Virus record (IMG/VR): IMGVR_UViG_2660238657_000001
Span: 106,795 to 170,794 of that record
Length of the DNA: 64,000 nt
From: a virus
Lineage: Duplodnaviria; Caudoviricetes
Direction: 5' to 3' (one strand)
Shown piece by piece: positions 40,437 through 51,881 of the stretch (positions are counted from its first letter, which is position 1; each line of letters begins with the position of its first letter). Under the pieces are notes generated by a model. It ran no database searches, was not told where the DNA came from, and saw nothing but the letters and a program-made list of their open reading frames with translations. The position numbers and the translations under genes are program-made.

Positions 40437-40913
40437 ATGGCAAAGACAAATAAAACAATAATAAGATTAGACAAGGTTAAAGCAACAGCACATATTGAGT
40501 CAATTAAATTTGACGGAGATTTAGAAAATGGTATGTTCGTATCATTAGGTAAATTAGCATCAGATGGTGAAGTAAGAGTAGCTACAGCACCAAAGGATGT
40601 TGAAAAAGATAGTATAGTAATACATGCATCTTCACCTTTAATGTATAACGAAACTTTACAAGAAGAAGATTTTATATTAGTAAAAGGAAATACAGGCAGA
40701 GGTTATGTACTAGAAGTAGGAGATATTTATACTATTACAGATAATGGTATTGACGGAGCAACAGAAGTGGGGAAATTTGTAGTTCCACAAGCTAGTAATG
40801 TTAAAGGGAAAGCTACGCAGGATCTAACAAATGAAAAAATAGCATTAGAAGTAATTGCAAAGGAAACTTTAGCAGGATACAAAGCATCAGTTCTTAGAGT
40901 TATAAGAGCGTAA
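40437..40913 (+). CDS. Capsid decoration/minor head protein
   Basis: 'LENGMFVSLG' pattern; between scaffold and major capsid genes. Confidence 0.65.
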   Translation: MAKTNKTIIRLDKVKATAHIESIKFDGDLENGMFVSLGKLASDGEVRVATAPKDVEKDSIVIHASSPLMYNETLQEEDFILVKGNTGRGYVLEVGDIYTITDNGIDGATEVGKFVVPQASNVKGKATQDLTNEKIALEVIAKETLAGYKASVLRVIRA

Positions 40914-40993
40914 TTAAATTTTAAAATAATATATAAACACATAAATAAAAATAAATTAAAAATATTTACATAAAACGGGAGTGAGATAACAAT

Positions 40994-41977
40994 ATGAAAA
41001 CAAAACTAACAGATATACAACAATTAGTAGTAGATATATGTAAAGGAGATGTAAGACAAAACTTTTCTAAAGCTGATGGTGAAGAGGTATTAAGACAAAA
41101 AATACTTGACACAGTGGGTGGAGAATGGAATTTTTATTCTTATAAAAAGAATCAATGGGAAATATTTGAGTTAATCAAAGAAGTAATATCACCTGCTACT
41201 GGAGTTTTAGTAGAAGAAAGTCTATCAGCGTTTGTAGACGTACATGATGTAGCGCTAGGAGACAAACCTGTATTTGATATAGAAGACAATTCATTATTTA
41301 GAGTTGCCACTATATCAACAGGGACTAACGATATTAGAAGACAAAAAATTTATGGTAAGACTTTACAAGTGGAAGTTGAAAACATTGGATTAAAAATTTA
41401 TGAAGATTTTGACAGGTTTGTAAGTGGAAGATGTGACTTTGCTAGTATGATAGAGAAAGTTAAAAAATCTTTTTCTAATGAATTAGCAACTAGAGTATAC
41501 AATGCAATTAAAGGAGCATTTGATGATTTAACAGCTCCATATGGAGTAAAAGGTACATTTAAATCCGACGACTTAGCTGATTTAATAGCACATGTACAAT
41601 CTGCAACAGGACAAGGAGTAAGAGTATATGGAACTAAAAAAGCTCTTGGTAAAATAACGTCTGCTGTACCTTCAGATAAAATGAAAGACGAGCTAAATCT
41701 TTTAGGACATTATGGGGTGTTCCAAGGAACAGACTTAGTTGAATTGCCACAAGGACATGTTGCAGGAACAAATACTTTTGCAATGGATGATAACATGTTA
41801 TTTGTTATTCCAGATGACACAAAGATAGTCAAACTTGTATTAGAAGGAGAACCTATTGTATACGAAAATACTTCTGCTACCGCAAGAAACGATCAACAAA
41901 TCGAGTTCCTATTTGAAAGAAAAGCAGGGGTTGGCGTATTAAAGGCTTCTGTATATGGAATTTATAAATTGGCATAA
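40994..41977 (+). CDS. Major capsid protein
   Basis: 327 aa, SPbeta YonB-like position, followed by terminator. Confidence 0.8.
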   Translation: MKTKLTDIQQLVVDICKGDVRQNFSKADGEEVLRQKILDTVGGEWNFYSYKKNQWEIFELIKEVISPATGVLVEESLSAFVDVHDVALGDKPVFDIEDNSLFRVATISTGTNDIRRQKIYGKTLQVEVENIGLKIYEDFDRFVSGRCDFASMIEKVKKSFSNELATRVYNAIKGAFDDLTAPYGVKGTFKSDDLADLIAHVQSATGQGVRVYGTKKALGKITSAVPSDKMKDELNLLGHYGVFQGTDLVELPQGHVAGTNTFAMDDNMLFVIPDDTKIVKLVLEGEPIVYENTSATARNDQQIEFLFERKAGVGVLKASVYGIYKLA

Positions 41978-42045
41978 TTAAATTAAAAAGAGGTTGGTAT
42001 TATTCAATCTCTTTTTAAACCATAAAAATAATATAATTAGAAAGG

Positions 42046-42690
42046 ATGATAAAAAACATGGCTACAGCTAAAAAGAAAGAAGAATTGAAAGAAACTGAAG
42101 TACCGCAAGAGAACGAGACTATAATAACAAAAAAAAGTGAATCTAAAAACAAAGAAGATAATAAACCGTTGGCAAGAAAAGATTTAAGAAAGTTAATAAC
42201 TAACGATTTGGAAATAGTAATAATGAATAATACAAATAATAAATTCACATATGAATGTCCTAGAACTCATAGGAGTTATGACATGACTTCTTATGGTGAT
42301 TTAGATTACATAACTTATGAAGAACTTAATGCTATGAAAAATAAATACAGAATAATTCTTCAAGATTATTGGATATTACCAATTGATGTAATAAGTGATG
42401 ATGTTACATTGGAGGATGTTTTACAATTTGCAGGACTTAAGGATATATATAAAGCTGAGATGCTACAATCTGATTTTATTGATGAATTGCTAATAAACAA
42501 AGATATAAATGAATTTATGGATATAATGCAAAAAGTAACAAATAAGTACATTTTATCAATAGTAGATAGGGCAGTAGCTTTATTTAAAGAAAATAAATTT
42601 AATGATTATAGCAAAATGTCAGTATTAGAGAACAAAGTTCAAAAGCCTGATTTATTCAAAGAAATATCAGAGCAAATACAAGAACAATAA
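42046..42690 (+). CDS. Phage structural/hypothetical protein
   Basis: 214 aa in head-tail gene block. Confidence 0.7.
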   Translation: MIKNMATAKKKEELKETEVPQENETIITKKSESKNKEDNKPLARKDLRKLITNDLEIVIMNNTNNKFTYECPRTHRSYDMTSYGDLDYITYEELNAMKNKYRIILQDYWILPIDVISDDVTLEDVLQFAGLKDIYKAEMLQSDFIDELLINKDINEFMDIMQKVTNKYILSIVDRAVALFKENKFNDYSKMSVLENKVQKPDLFKEISEQIQEQ

Positions 42691-42707
42691 AGAGGAGGTG
42701 CTTATTT

Positions 42708-43136
42708 ATGAGTACCCCATTTTCTAAAATATATGATAAATTTTTATCACAAATAGAAGATGGTGATATAGCTAATTTATCAGAAGGTGATTTAAAAGCA
42801 ATTTTATTTAGTTATATGGATACTTCTATATCATTGGAATTTAAACAATGTAAAAAAGATTTATTAAATCATGTAGATATGGATAAAGAAGAATTTACAG
42901 TTGATATTACAAGTGAAGAAATAAATATAATTGCATTAGGAATGGTAGTTGCTTATCTTCAACCTAAAATAAGACACGAACAATTACTTATTCAACAAAT
43001 AGGCGATAGAGATTATAAAACTTTTTCAGGTGCAAATTTATTAAAAGAATTAATGGAATTAGAACAATTAACGAAACGCAGACTTAGAGAATATGTAAAT
43101 TCATATACATATAACAAAATACTACAAGGTGATTAA
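42708..43136 (+). CDS. Head-tail connector protein (putative)
   Basis: 'MSTPFSKIYDKFL...EINIIALGMV' pattern; GGAGG RBS. Confidence 0.65.
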   Translation: MSTPFSKIYDKFLSQIEDGDIANLSEGDLKAILFSYMDTSISLEFKQCKKDLLNHVDMDKEEFTVDITSEEINIIALGMVVAYLQPKIRHEQLLIQQIGDRDYKTFSGANLLKELMELEQLTKRRLREYVNSYTYNKILQGD

Positions 43137-44379
43137 TATGGATTATTTTGAGAGATACAAACGCAGAGTAAATATAAATGGTGCAAATAATAAAGAAAAA
43201 ATTATAAATCGAAAAATTAAACAATTTGAGAGATATATTAATAATGCACCAGATACATATAAAGTAAGTATAAACAACTCTAAAGAATTATATAAAGGAA
43301 CGTTTCAAGATGTAAGTCCTAATAATCCTAAAAACAATGGGGATGAAAAATACTTTGTTACATATAATAAAACACCTGCATATGTAGGTTGTGTAATTAA
43401 ATGGTTTCATAAGGATTGGATAATAGTAGATAAAGAACATAATTCAATTCAGGATCATCAAACATTTAAAATAAGACCATGTAATCACTTATTAAAATGG
43501 ATATCTAAAGATGGTCAAATTCAAACACATGTAGCATTGATAAACAATGAACAGTTATATACTACAGGTGTTACAGAGGATAAATACAAGCAATGGGGTA
43601 ATTCTAAAGAAAGTATTATATTACCTCTTAATGAAGTGACTCAAACTATATATGAAGATATGAGATTAATAATTAATAGACATTGTTGGAAAGTTACTTT
43701 TATAAATGAAGATTATAAAGGTTTATTAACCATAATGTGCGAACAAGATAAGATTAATAATAATACTGATAATCGTGAATTAGGCATAGCAGATTATTAT
43801 AAATATCAAAATCATTATGATTTAAAAATACTAAATAAAAACCCAATTTTATCAACTTTGGGGACAACTACGACCCTTGATATTCAATGCTTTAAGAATG
43901 ATAAGAAAGTTGAAAACCCTATATTAAAATATGCTATTTCAAATGAAGAAATAGCTAAAATTGAAGGCCATAAAATAGTAGGGTTAAAATATGGAACTTG
44001 CAAGCTTACAATTGAATATGAAGGAATCCAACAGACGGTAGATGTTCATATATTAGAGAATCAAACTAATAACTTTACCACTCAGATTGAGGGTAAATTA
44101 ACTCTTCCATGGGGTCGCAAGGCTACATATAAAGTTACATTTGTAGATAATGGAGAACCATATAATGATGTATGTGAATTCACTTTAACTGATGAGAATG
44201 GTAAAAAAACTAAATTAGCTAAGATTATAAAAGTTGATAAAGAAAACTGTACTTGTACTATAGAAGCAAACCGTAATCAAGATGAAGGAATAGTATTGTT
44301 ACATTGTAAAAATAGAATAGACAATGAAGAAATTAAAAAGATTGAGATTATGTCTGCTTGGATATCAGATTATAATTAA
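43129..44379 (+). CDS. Head closure/neck protein with Ig-like domains
   Basis: 'PCNHLLKW...DNRELGIADYY' followed by Big_2-like segment. Confidence 0.65.
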   Translation: MINMDYFERYKRRVNINGANNKEKIINRKIKQFERYINNAPDTYKVSINNSKELYKGTFQDVSPNNPKNNGDEKYFVTYNKTPAYVGCVIKWFHKDWIIVDKEHNSIQDHQTFKIRPCNHLLKWISKDGQIQTHVALINNEQLYTTGVTEDKYKQWGNSKESIILPLNEVTQTIYEDMRLIINRHCWKVTFINEDYKGLLTIMCEQDKINNNTDNRELGIADYYKYQNHYDLKILNKNPILSTLGTTTTLDIQCFKNDKKVENPILKYAISNEEIAKIEGHKIVGLKYGTCKLTIEYEGIQQTVDVHILENQTNNFTTQIEGKLTLPWGRKATYKVTFVDNGEPYNDVCEFTLTDENGKKTKLAKIIKVDKENCTCTIEANRNQDEGIVLLHCKNRIDNEEIKKIEIMSAWISDYN

Positions 44380-44420
44380 AATAAATATAGAACAAATTAA
44401 AAAAATAAAACAAATGGAAG

Positions 44421-45305
44421 GTGTTGTACATGATAGACGGAAAAAAGAAAAGATGGCATATTACTAAGGATGATATTCTAAGTTTAGATACTGTAACTTA
44501 TACAAATGTAGCAGTAGCAAAATTAAAACCATTACCATCAATTTGTGAGCCTAATTCAAGTATTGTTAATCATTTTGTAGAAATATTTGATAACGACGGT
44601 AAACAACTTGAAGAAATACCTATGGCTGAAATAGATAGTGAGGCCAGCATAGGTAAATTTGCCGTTGATGCTAGTAATACTATTTATTTAGTAATTGCTA
44701 AAACTGAGAAAGTTGAAGTTGAGGAACAAGTGAAAGAAGAAGTTCCTGATAATAGTATTCCAATGACTGAATTGCAACCTGCTGTTAAAAATGACAGTAA
44801 GGTAGAGAGCAAAGAGGCAGGCACTCAGACTGAAGATGAAAAAAATAAGGCAAAAGAAGACTCAGGTAAAGGAGTAACTGCTGAACATGATACTTCAAAA
44901 GATAATGAGCATACTGAAATAGTAGCAAAATCAAGAAGTGTTGAAGTACCTACTGTAAGTCAATTATCTGCAACTGTTATTAGTCCAGAAGGGGAGGTGA
45001 AAACTAAAACCATAATTAAAACTGTTAAAAAGATAGTTACAAAACCTTTAAGTCTTACATTAGAAGAGATTAAGAAAAGATTTCAATACTTTGATGTAAT
45101 CTATAGATTAAAAGATTCTGTAAAAGTAGTTGAAGGTGAATTTTTACTAACTGTATATGATAATTTAAAAGATTTTTATATATATAAAAGTTTGCCTGTA
45201 GATGAAGCTAAAATGATGACATTAATGAAGACTTTAATATCTAGCTCAGATACAAGTTCAATGGGACTATTAGAATTCTATACCGAACCTTTATTAGCTG
45301 AATAG
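44421..45305 (+). CDS. Hypothetical structural-region protein with low-complexity central insert
   Basis: 294 aa, E/K-rich centre. Confidence 0.65.
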   Translation: MLYMIDGKKKRWHITKDDILSLDTVTYTNVAVAKLKPLPSICEPNSSIVNHFVEIFDNDGKQLEEIPMAEIDSEASIGKFAVDASNTIYLVIAKTEKVEVEEQVKEEVPDNSIPMTELQPAVKNDSKVESKEAGTQTEDEKNKAKEDSGKGVTAEHDTSKDNEHTEIVAKSRSVEVPTVSQLSATVISPEGEVKTKTIIKTVKKIVTKPLSLTLEEIKKRFQYFDVIYRLKDSVKVVEGEFLLTVYDNLKDFYIYKSLPVDEAKMMTLMKTLISSSDTSSMGLLEFYTEPLLAE

Positions 45306-45320
45306 AATGGAGTTGATTAA

Positions 45321-45848
45321 ATGCCAATTACAACTTATAAAGATAGTGAATTTAAACATGGATTAGAGTTAAAAGATAGTTGTACTTTAAACAAATATCT
45401 TTTTGATGTAGTTTATACATTAATGGATAATCAAAATTTATTAAAATTGTTAACTATCCCTAATAATCAACCGTTTAAGGCTGAAGGTATTGAAATAAGT
45501 AAGAAAAATCCTATTATTAATGAATATATATTTCCTTATCCAAAAGATATAAATACAACTACGGTTAAAGGAAGCCGTATTTATGTAAATTGGATTGATG
45601 GTAGAGAACAAGGAGGGGTATTCCAAGACTCTACCTTACAAATAGATATATTAGTTAGTAACGACAAGGATATTCTTCTTATTAATAAAGGCAGAAGGGA
45701 TTTAGAAATTAAGTATGAGATACAAAAGACTTTGACAGGAGCGCATGGTTTAGGAGTAGGAGATCTAAATAAGCTAAGTTGGAATATAATTATGACCAAT
45801 GATATGGTTGGATATAGTTTAAGATATTTCATAAAGGATTTCAGATAG
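45321..45848 (+). CDS. Tail completion/terminator protein (putative)
   Basis: 175 aa, position upstream of major tail gene. Confidence 0.55.
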   Translation: MPITTYKDSEFKHGLELKDSCTLNKYLFDVVYTLMDNQNLLKLLTIPNNQPFKAEGIEISKKNPIINEYIFPYPKDINTTTVKGSRIYVNWIDGREQGGVFQDSTLQIDILVSNDKDILLINKGRRDLEIKYEIQKTLTGAHGLGVGDLNKLSWNIIMTNDMVGYSLRYFIKDFR

Positions 45849-45850
45849 CT

Positions 45851-46591
45851 ATGAATAAAAATGCTAATTTAGTTGAAGTAGACGTTGATGACATCAAGCT
45901 AAAAACACTGGCTAATATACCTATAAGTATAACTAAATCAATAACTATATACCCTCTAACGCTTAAAGAAATTACTACATTAGGATATGATATTTATAAT
46001 AAATCTTTGAACTACATATGCATAGATTTAAAGGATATTGAATATAACTATCAATCTTTAGCTAATATTACTACATTAGATTTTATAATTAATAGTTGTA
46101 TCCAAGATGCAAATTTTAAAATTATGTTTTTAAATGCCTTATCATTATTTTTAAGAAGTAAAATGCACTTTTTTGATAATAAAATATATGTTAATGAAAT
46201 TCTGAAAGAAAATATCATTACAAATGACATATTTAAAAGTATACAAACAATAATTAAAGTGCAAAATTCTATAGAACAAAAAAAAGAAGATGGCTACAAT
46301 GTTAAAAGTAAAAAAGGCAGAGAAATTTTAGAAAAGCTGAAGAAGGGTAAGGAAAAGTTAAATAAAGCAAAAGAGAACTTAAATTTAACATTATTTGATT
46401 TGGTTTCAATTTATTGTTCTTACAATAATAATACTAACCTATTAGATGTATGGGATTATAACATGTTTCAATTTAACGATCAATTTCAAAGAATTCAAAT
46501 ATTAGAGCAATACGATGTAAATATACAAGCATTATTACATGGTGCAAAAATGGAAGGAGAAAATCCTACATTTATAAAAAAAATAAATTAA
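45851..46591 (+). CDS. Phage tail-region protein
   Basis: 246 aa, 'IYPLTLKEI...VWDYNMFQF...LLHGA'. Confidence 0.65.
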   Translation: MNKNANLVEVDVDDIKLKTLANIPISITKSITIYPLTLKEITTLGYDIYNKSLNYICIDLKDIEYNYQSLANITTLDFIINSCIQDANFKIMFLNALSLFLRSKMHFFDNKIYVNEILKENIITNDIFKSIQTIIKVQNSIEQKKEDGYNVKSKKGREILEKLKKGKEKLNKAKENLNLTLFDLVSIYCSYNNNTNLLDVWDYNMFQFNDQFQRIQILEQYDVNIQALLHGAKMEGENPTFIKKIN

Positions 46592-46606
46592 ACAGGAGGA
46601 AATTTT

Positions 46607-47398
46607 ATGAGATTTGGTTCAAGAGAAGTATGCAATGTTGTTATAAAAGATATTGCAAATAAAAAACCTAAAATATATTTAGAAACATTAAAAATGAATA
46701 ATATAGAAGTAGGGTCTAATACGGTGTATGCGGTCGGTGGACAGGGTATGCCTAAGCTCATAGGATGGAGCGGAAAGAAGGACGTAAAATTCAAGAATGA
46801 AGATGCTTTATTATCTCCAGAATCTTTTGCTGTTCTTTCAGGAAGTAAGATAAGCAGAGAAAAGAAAGTTATACATAAAAAAGAGAAATTTGAGGTGGAT
46901 GAGAATAAAAAAGTAATATTATCTCATGAACCTAGTGTAGATAAGAAGCATATATTTTATGTTGCACTATCTGATATTAGCGGTACTATTCCATCAAAAG
47001 AACTAACAAAGGCAAAATCAAGTGGAAGTCCCACATCTGAAGAATATGATATAGATAAGAGTGATAATAAAACAGTTATTGTTCATGAAGATTTAGTAGG
47101 GAAAACCATACTTATAGATTATTATTACATGTCAGAAGCAAATGTCACTACTTTGACTATTACAAGTGATGATTTTCCTAAAACATTTGCATTGGAAGCA
47201 GATACGTTGTTCAGAACAGAGGATGGAATTGATAGACCTTGTCACATCACAATACCAAAGGCTAAATTAGAAGGAAAATTTAGTGTAAATATGAAAGGTG
47301 ATGGAGATCCTTCAACATTTAAATTTGATTTTGAGTGTTTAAAACCTTCAAATGGTAAAGATATGGTTGTGTTTGACATAGAAATGGACGAAGAATAA
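46607..47398 (+). CDS. Major tail (tube) protein
   Basis: 'MRFGSREVCNV...YAVGGQG.PKLIGW...GDPSTFKF' pattern. Confidence 0.75.
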   Translation: MRFGSREVCNVVIKDIANKKPKIYLETLKMNNIEVGSNTVYAVGGQGMPKLIGWSGKKDVKFKNEDALLSPESFAVLSGSKISREKKVIHKKEKFEVDENKKVILSHEPSVDKKHIFYVALSDISGTIPSKELTKAKSSGSPTSEEYDIDKSDNKTVIVHEDLVGKTILIDYYYMSEANVTTLTITSDDFPKTFALEADTLFRTEDGIDRPCHITIPKAKLEGKFSVNMKGDGDPSTFKFDFECLKPSNGKDMVVFDIEMDEE

Positions 47399-47415
47399 AA
47401 GGTGTTGATAAGATT

Positions 47416-47655
47416 ATGGATACTGTAGTAGAAAACAAGGATAACACAATAGAAAAAAGTATAGACGGTAAGAAAATAAATAGTAAAAAAAAGAAAAATA
47501 TAAATACAATTATCTTTAATAGTAAGAATATCAAAGGTAATTGTATACAAATAGAAGGTTTTTCTTTTAAGCTGTTAGACAAGGAATTAAAAGATAATGT
47601 TACTATAAAATACATCAAAAATAATGGAAATATAGAAATAGTTGAAATTAACTAG
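47416..47655 (+). CDS. Hypothetical protein
   Basis: 79-aa ORF after tail tube gene, followed by terminator. Confidence 0.6.
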   Translation: MDTVVENKDNTIEKSIDGKKINSKKKKNINTIIFNSKNIKGNCIQIEGFSFKLLDKELKDNVTIKYIKNNGNIEIVEIN

Positions 47656-47718
47656 GAGAGCTAAAAGGTTCTCCCTTATTTTTTAATTTTAGAGTTTGAA
47701 GAAAGGAGATGCGCTGTC

Positions 47719-48633
47719 ATGGATGTTAATATTATTAGAAAAATAACTAGTAATGGTGCTCAAGGTGGTGTTAATTATCCAACATGGATAGTTATACACG
47801 AAACCGACAATGAAGATAAAGGGGCTAACGCTTTATGCCATGCGAGAGCATTAGCAAATGGAAATTTATCTTGTTCAGCACATTATTATGTAGATGAAAG
47901 TAATATAGTACAAGTACACGAACATTGGACTGTAGCTAGTCACGTAGGTGTTAAATATGGAACTCCTCCAATTGGTGGAATAGGGAATAAAAATTCTATT
48001 GGCATTGAAATATGTGTCAATGAAGACAGTAATTACTCTAAAGCAAGACAAAATGCAATTGAGTTAACTAAATATTTAATATCTACTACTAAAATACCTG
48101 CTAGTAGAGTAGTTAAACACTACGATGCTTGTAAAAAGTATTGCCCTAGAAAAATGTTGGATTCGCCTAGTTTATGGAATGATTTCAAAAGTCAAATATC
48201 TAATGCATCGGTTAATAGTTCTTCTGGTTTGCTAAAGATAGGAAGTAAAGAAGATAAAGTAAAACAATTACAAGCTAATTTAAATAAATTAGGATATACT
48301 TGTGGAAATGCAGATGGTATATTTGGTCAAGAGACTAAAAATGCAGTTATTTCATTTCAAAGAAATAACGAATTAAGTGCGGATGGAATAGTTGGCCAGA
48401 GTACTTGGAATAAAATCCTTAGTAATTTAGAGGATAGAAGATTTAAGCCACTATCTTTAAAAATGATTTATGATTCTCCCGCAATACAAATTAGAGATGG
48501 GTTTGTGAATATATCCAAGTATTTTTATAAAGACCAATTTATTACTGCAATAGATGAAAAGTTAGAATTTTATCTATTAGATATTAATGGTGTAAAAGCA
48601 TGGATACCTAAAAAAGCTACATCTCCAAGATAA
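47719..48633 (+). CDS. Endolysin: N-acetylmuramoyl-L-alanine amidase (Amidase_2) + PG-binding domain
   Basis: 'IVIHET...SAHYYVD...SIGIEIC...HYD..K.CP'; 'ADGIFG...FQ...ADGIVG' PG_binding_1. Confidence 0.92.
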   Translation: MDVNIIRKITSNGAQGGVNYPTWIVIHETDNEDKGANALCHARALANGNLSCSAHYYVDESNIVQVHEHWTVASHVGVKYGTPPIGGIGNKNSIGIEICVNEDSNYSKARQNAIELTKYLISTTKIPASRVVKHYDACKKYCPRKMLDSPSLWNDFKSQISNASVNSSSGLLKIGSKEDKVKQLQANLNKLGYTCGNADGIFGQETKNAVISFQRNNELSADGIVGQSTWNKILSNLEDRRFKPLSLKMIYDSPAIQIRDGFVNISKYFYKDQFITAIDEKLEFYLLDINGVKAWIPKKATSPR

Positions 48634-48679
48634 TAGGTAAATCAATTAAAATCCATACATATAAAAGGAGGAGGTTTAT

Positions 48680-49066
48680 ATGAAAGAACAATTATTAAAT
48701 GAGATTATAAAATGTATATTTGCTATAGTAATAATGTTAGTAGGTCAATTAACATTACAAATACAATCATTTATAAAGAAAAAGAAGGCTTTAGCAATTC
48801 AACAAGGAAAAGCTGAAGTGTATAATAATGCAAAGTATATGGCTGAAGGAGTATACACTTTATTAGAACATAATTTCAAGGATCTAAAAAAGTCTGGTGA
48901 AGCTAAAAAGAATGAAATGGATAGAATATTAAAATCACATTTTCCAAGTTTAACAGATGAAGAACTTGACGTTATTAATAAACAAGTATGGAATAAGCTT
49001 AATGACAACGTGATTAAAGAATTAAAAACTCCAATAGTTATAACTAAAGAAGAAGTAACAGAATAA
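48680..49066 (+). CDS. Holin (LL-H-like)
   Basis: Single N-terminal TM, 'SGEAKK' motif, adjacent to endolysin. Confidence 0.7.
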   Translation: MKEQLLNEIIKCIFAIVIMLVGQLTLQIQSFIKKKKALAIQQGKAEVYNNAKYMAEGVYTLLEHNFKDLKKSGEAKKNEMDRILKSHFPSLTDEELDVINKQVWNKLNDNVIKELKTPIVITKEEVTE

Positions 49067-49515
49067 TTTATTTTAGGACAAGCTAATTAGTTTGTCCTAA
49101 TTTTATATTAAATATTGTAATGTGTTTTTATTAAAAATATTTGGATAAAGATAATTTAGAATATTTAATAAATGAAAATTAAAGATATATAAATAGACAA
49201 AATTAAAAGAACATTGATAACCAGAGTCGTAGTCTATCAATGTTCTTTTAAAACATACAGTACTAATGTATGATACGATTAATTATATTATACCATTTTA
49301 GATAATTATTGCAACAAAAATAACATTAATTTTAAATAAAATTTAAAATGTTTATGATAATAAAATAATATGTTATATGAAATTAATTATATTGCAATTA
49401 TATTTATATATATGAATAATAAATTCAATATACGAAATGTATTACATATTTACAAATAGTTAGAAAATAAATTGACATATTTAACTACCGATGGTAAAGT
49501 GTTTACCATAAAACA

Positions 49516-50052
49516 GTGTACAAGAAGGGGAATAATCATATGGACAGGGGTAGAATAAATGGATATATAAATGCTAATAGAAATGGAGAAAACAAGGGGA
49601 TTGGTGGGCTTATAAAATATCAAATTGAAAGAAAACTTACAGAAAAGAAAAAATATAAAATAAGATTTATATATATCTTAAAAATAATAGACTTTTGGCG
49701 TAGAGAAGTTAAAGGAAGATATGAAATTCAATTTGCAAAATATATACTATATTTAGATGAAACTAATAGTTCACAATCAATGAAAAATATAGATGAGTTC
49801 GAAAAATTTTTAAAAGAATATATATATGATTATTTTATAGAATGTAAAGAAGATCATCAAAATAAAAATATACATAAACATTTAAAAGTTGGAATAACAT
49901 CTACATTGGTAGATTCAATTGAAGATATTATAAATTATAAATGGGTAAATGAAATATTAAAGAATGAAGGTTTATGTAATGATGAACAGGGTAATTTTAA
50001 TAAACAAAATGCTAAGAATATGATAAAAAAATGTATTGAAAAAGCATATTAA
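49516..50052 (+). CDS. Hypothetical protein
   Basis: 178-aa ORF with upstream TTGACA-17-TAAAGT promoter. Confidence 0.65.
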   Translation: MYKKGNNHMDRGRINGYINANRNGENKGIGGLIKYQIERKLTEKKKYKIRFIYILKIIDFWRREVKGRYEIQFAKYILYLDETNSSQSMKNIDEFEKFLKEYIYDYFIECKEDHQNKNIHKHLKVGITSTLVDSIEDIINYKWVNEILKNEGLCNDEQGNFNKQNAKNMIKKCIEKAY

Positions 50053-50074
50053 ATAATAATGTGAGGATATATGA

Positions 50075-50635
50075 ATGACAGCAAATGATAAGATGATAGT
50101 ATCTAAAGATGTTAAACAACTAGCAATAAATATATTATTAGAGTATTTTGAAGATGACGTTGTACAAAAGATCATTAACAAACTTGGAAGTGAAAAATTT
50201 TTTAAAGAGATAAAAAAGAACATAGAACATAATAGTAATATAGAAAAAGATTTAAGTGATAGATTCATAAAAATATGTAATGATTTGAATGACATACTAC
50301 ATACATTAGAGGAAATAGATGACAAAAGTCATATAGTAAGAGAAGTGTATAATAGTAGATATGATGTGGAGTGTAGCAATGAATATGATTTTATTTATAG
50401 GAATTATACATTAGAATCTAATGTGAAATATGCGTTGAAAAGAAAGGATATGACACAAGTTGAATTATGTAAAAAAACAGGGATACCTAGAACTACATTT
50501 AACAATATTATAAGAAATCCTTCAAAAGCTACTTTTATGAATATAGTTAAGATAGCATATGTATTAAATATGAGCATCCATGACTTATTTTACATTCAAA
50601 AAATTGACAAAAACAAGTGTAAAAATATGGAATAA
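50075..50635 (+). CDS. Protein with C-terminal XRE/Cro HTH
   Basis: 'MTQVELCKKTGIPRTTF...IAYVLNMSIHDLF'. Confidence 0.8.
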   Translation: MTANDKMIVSKDVKQLAINILLEYFEDDVVQKIINKLGSEKFFKEIKKNIEHNSNIEKDLSDRFIKICNDLNDILHTLEEIDDKSHIVREVYNSRYDVECSNEYDFIYRNYTLESNVKYALKRKDMTQVELCKKTGIPRTTFNNIIRNPSKATFMNIVKIAYVLNMSIHDLFYIQKIDKNKCKNME

Positions 50636-50811
50636 AAATGTACGATATATGGAACATTAAGAATTTATACCCAGCTATGGACTTGAATATTGTATTTACG
50701 CATATTATAATAGTTGGTGTAGTAGATAATATATTATTATAAATATATGAAAAAAGGGGGATTAATGGTTAACTATTTTATTAAAAAGCTAAAGAGGGGA
50801 AGGAATATGTA

Positions 50812-51267
50812 ATGGAATATAAAAAAAATAATACTCCAGAAATTAAAAGCAAACAAAAAACTAATAATACAATAGTAGATAAATACTTAAATAAAAGAAC
50901 ACTTGCAATGAAAACATTTTTAGTAATAGATGAATTATCTAATTGTTTATTCGAGGAATATTTACTAGACGATAGCTCACTAGGAGAATCAATTATAGCA
51001 TTATATAAATTAAGAAATTATTTATTAGAAAATAACTTAAGAGGAGATGTAAACGTAAAAGCTATAGAACAAGCGTACAAGTCTAAACAGTATACAAAAT
51101 TAAAAATGTTAATGGAAGAAAAATTTTTACAGTTGTTTACACCTGAAGAGTTTAATTTATTTATTGAAATTTTCAAGTATAATAAATGGAGTTGGTTTGA
51201 ACTATTAAATAAATTTAACATACGTAAATGTAACGTATTTACAATAATTCAATGCTCACCAATGTAA
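50812..51267 (+). CDS. Hypothetical protein
   Basis: 151-aa ORF with RBS and downstream terminator. Confidence 0.6.
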   Translation: MEYKKNNTPEIKSKQKTNNTIVDKYLNKRTLAMKTFLVIDELSNCLFEEYLLDDSSLGESIIALYKLRNYLLENNLRGDVNVKAIEQAYKSKQYTKLKMLMEEKFLQLFTPEEFNLFIEIFKYNKWSWFELLNKFNIRKCNVFTIIQCSPM

Positions 51268-51881
51268 CAACATATTCAACAACAAAAATATTAGAAGATT
51301 GTCAGTCTCGCACACTGATGATCTTCTTTTTTATTATGGAATTTTATAAAAATTTTATTATAAAATTTATTGTAAATATAATAAGATAATTTATTTTCTA
51401 TCTGTAGCTTGTTCGATTTTAAGATGAAAGTTGTTGTTTATAGTCAACAGTAAATGTCGTAATTGATACGATATTTGACATAACTTTTACAATGAAAATT
51501 ATATAATAAATATAGGAACATGTCAATACTAAACGTTTGTTCGTTCTATATATATCAAGGGTTTCAAGAAAATCAATTATTAAAATTTATTAAGATATAA
51601 TCTAAAATATAGTGAAAAATAAAATTTATAAAAAGAAAAATATAGTATTATTCTGTAAAAAAATATAATTGTACTATCATTAATATTTAATATTAACAAA
51701 TATATAAGATTAATAAATATATATTACTAAAAGTATTTTAAAATAGATTATGTACTCATAATAAATTATTAAAATAATTTTTATATAGAAATAAATATAT
51801 TTAAAAAGTTGCAATAAGCTATTTACAAAATGTTAATATATGGTAAAATGATATATATGAATTTTGATTAGGAGGGGTTTT

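Noticed and set aside
16600-41000. Recurrent intergenic AAATTAAAAT as a phage-RNAP promoter or antitermination signal
   Set aside because: Too AT-rich to separate from background by eye; needs an enrichment test and TSS data
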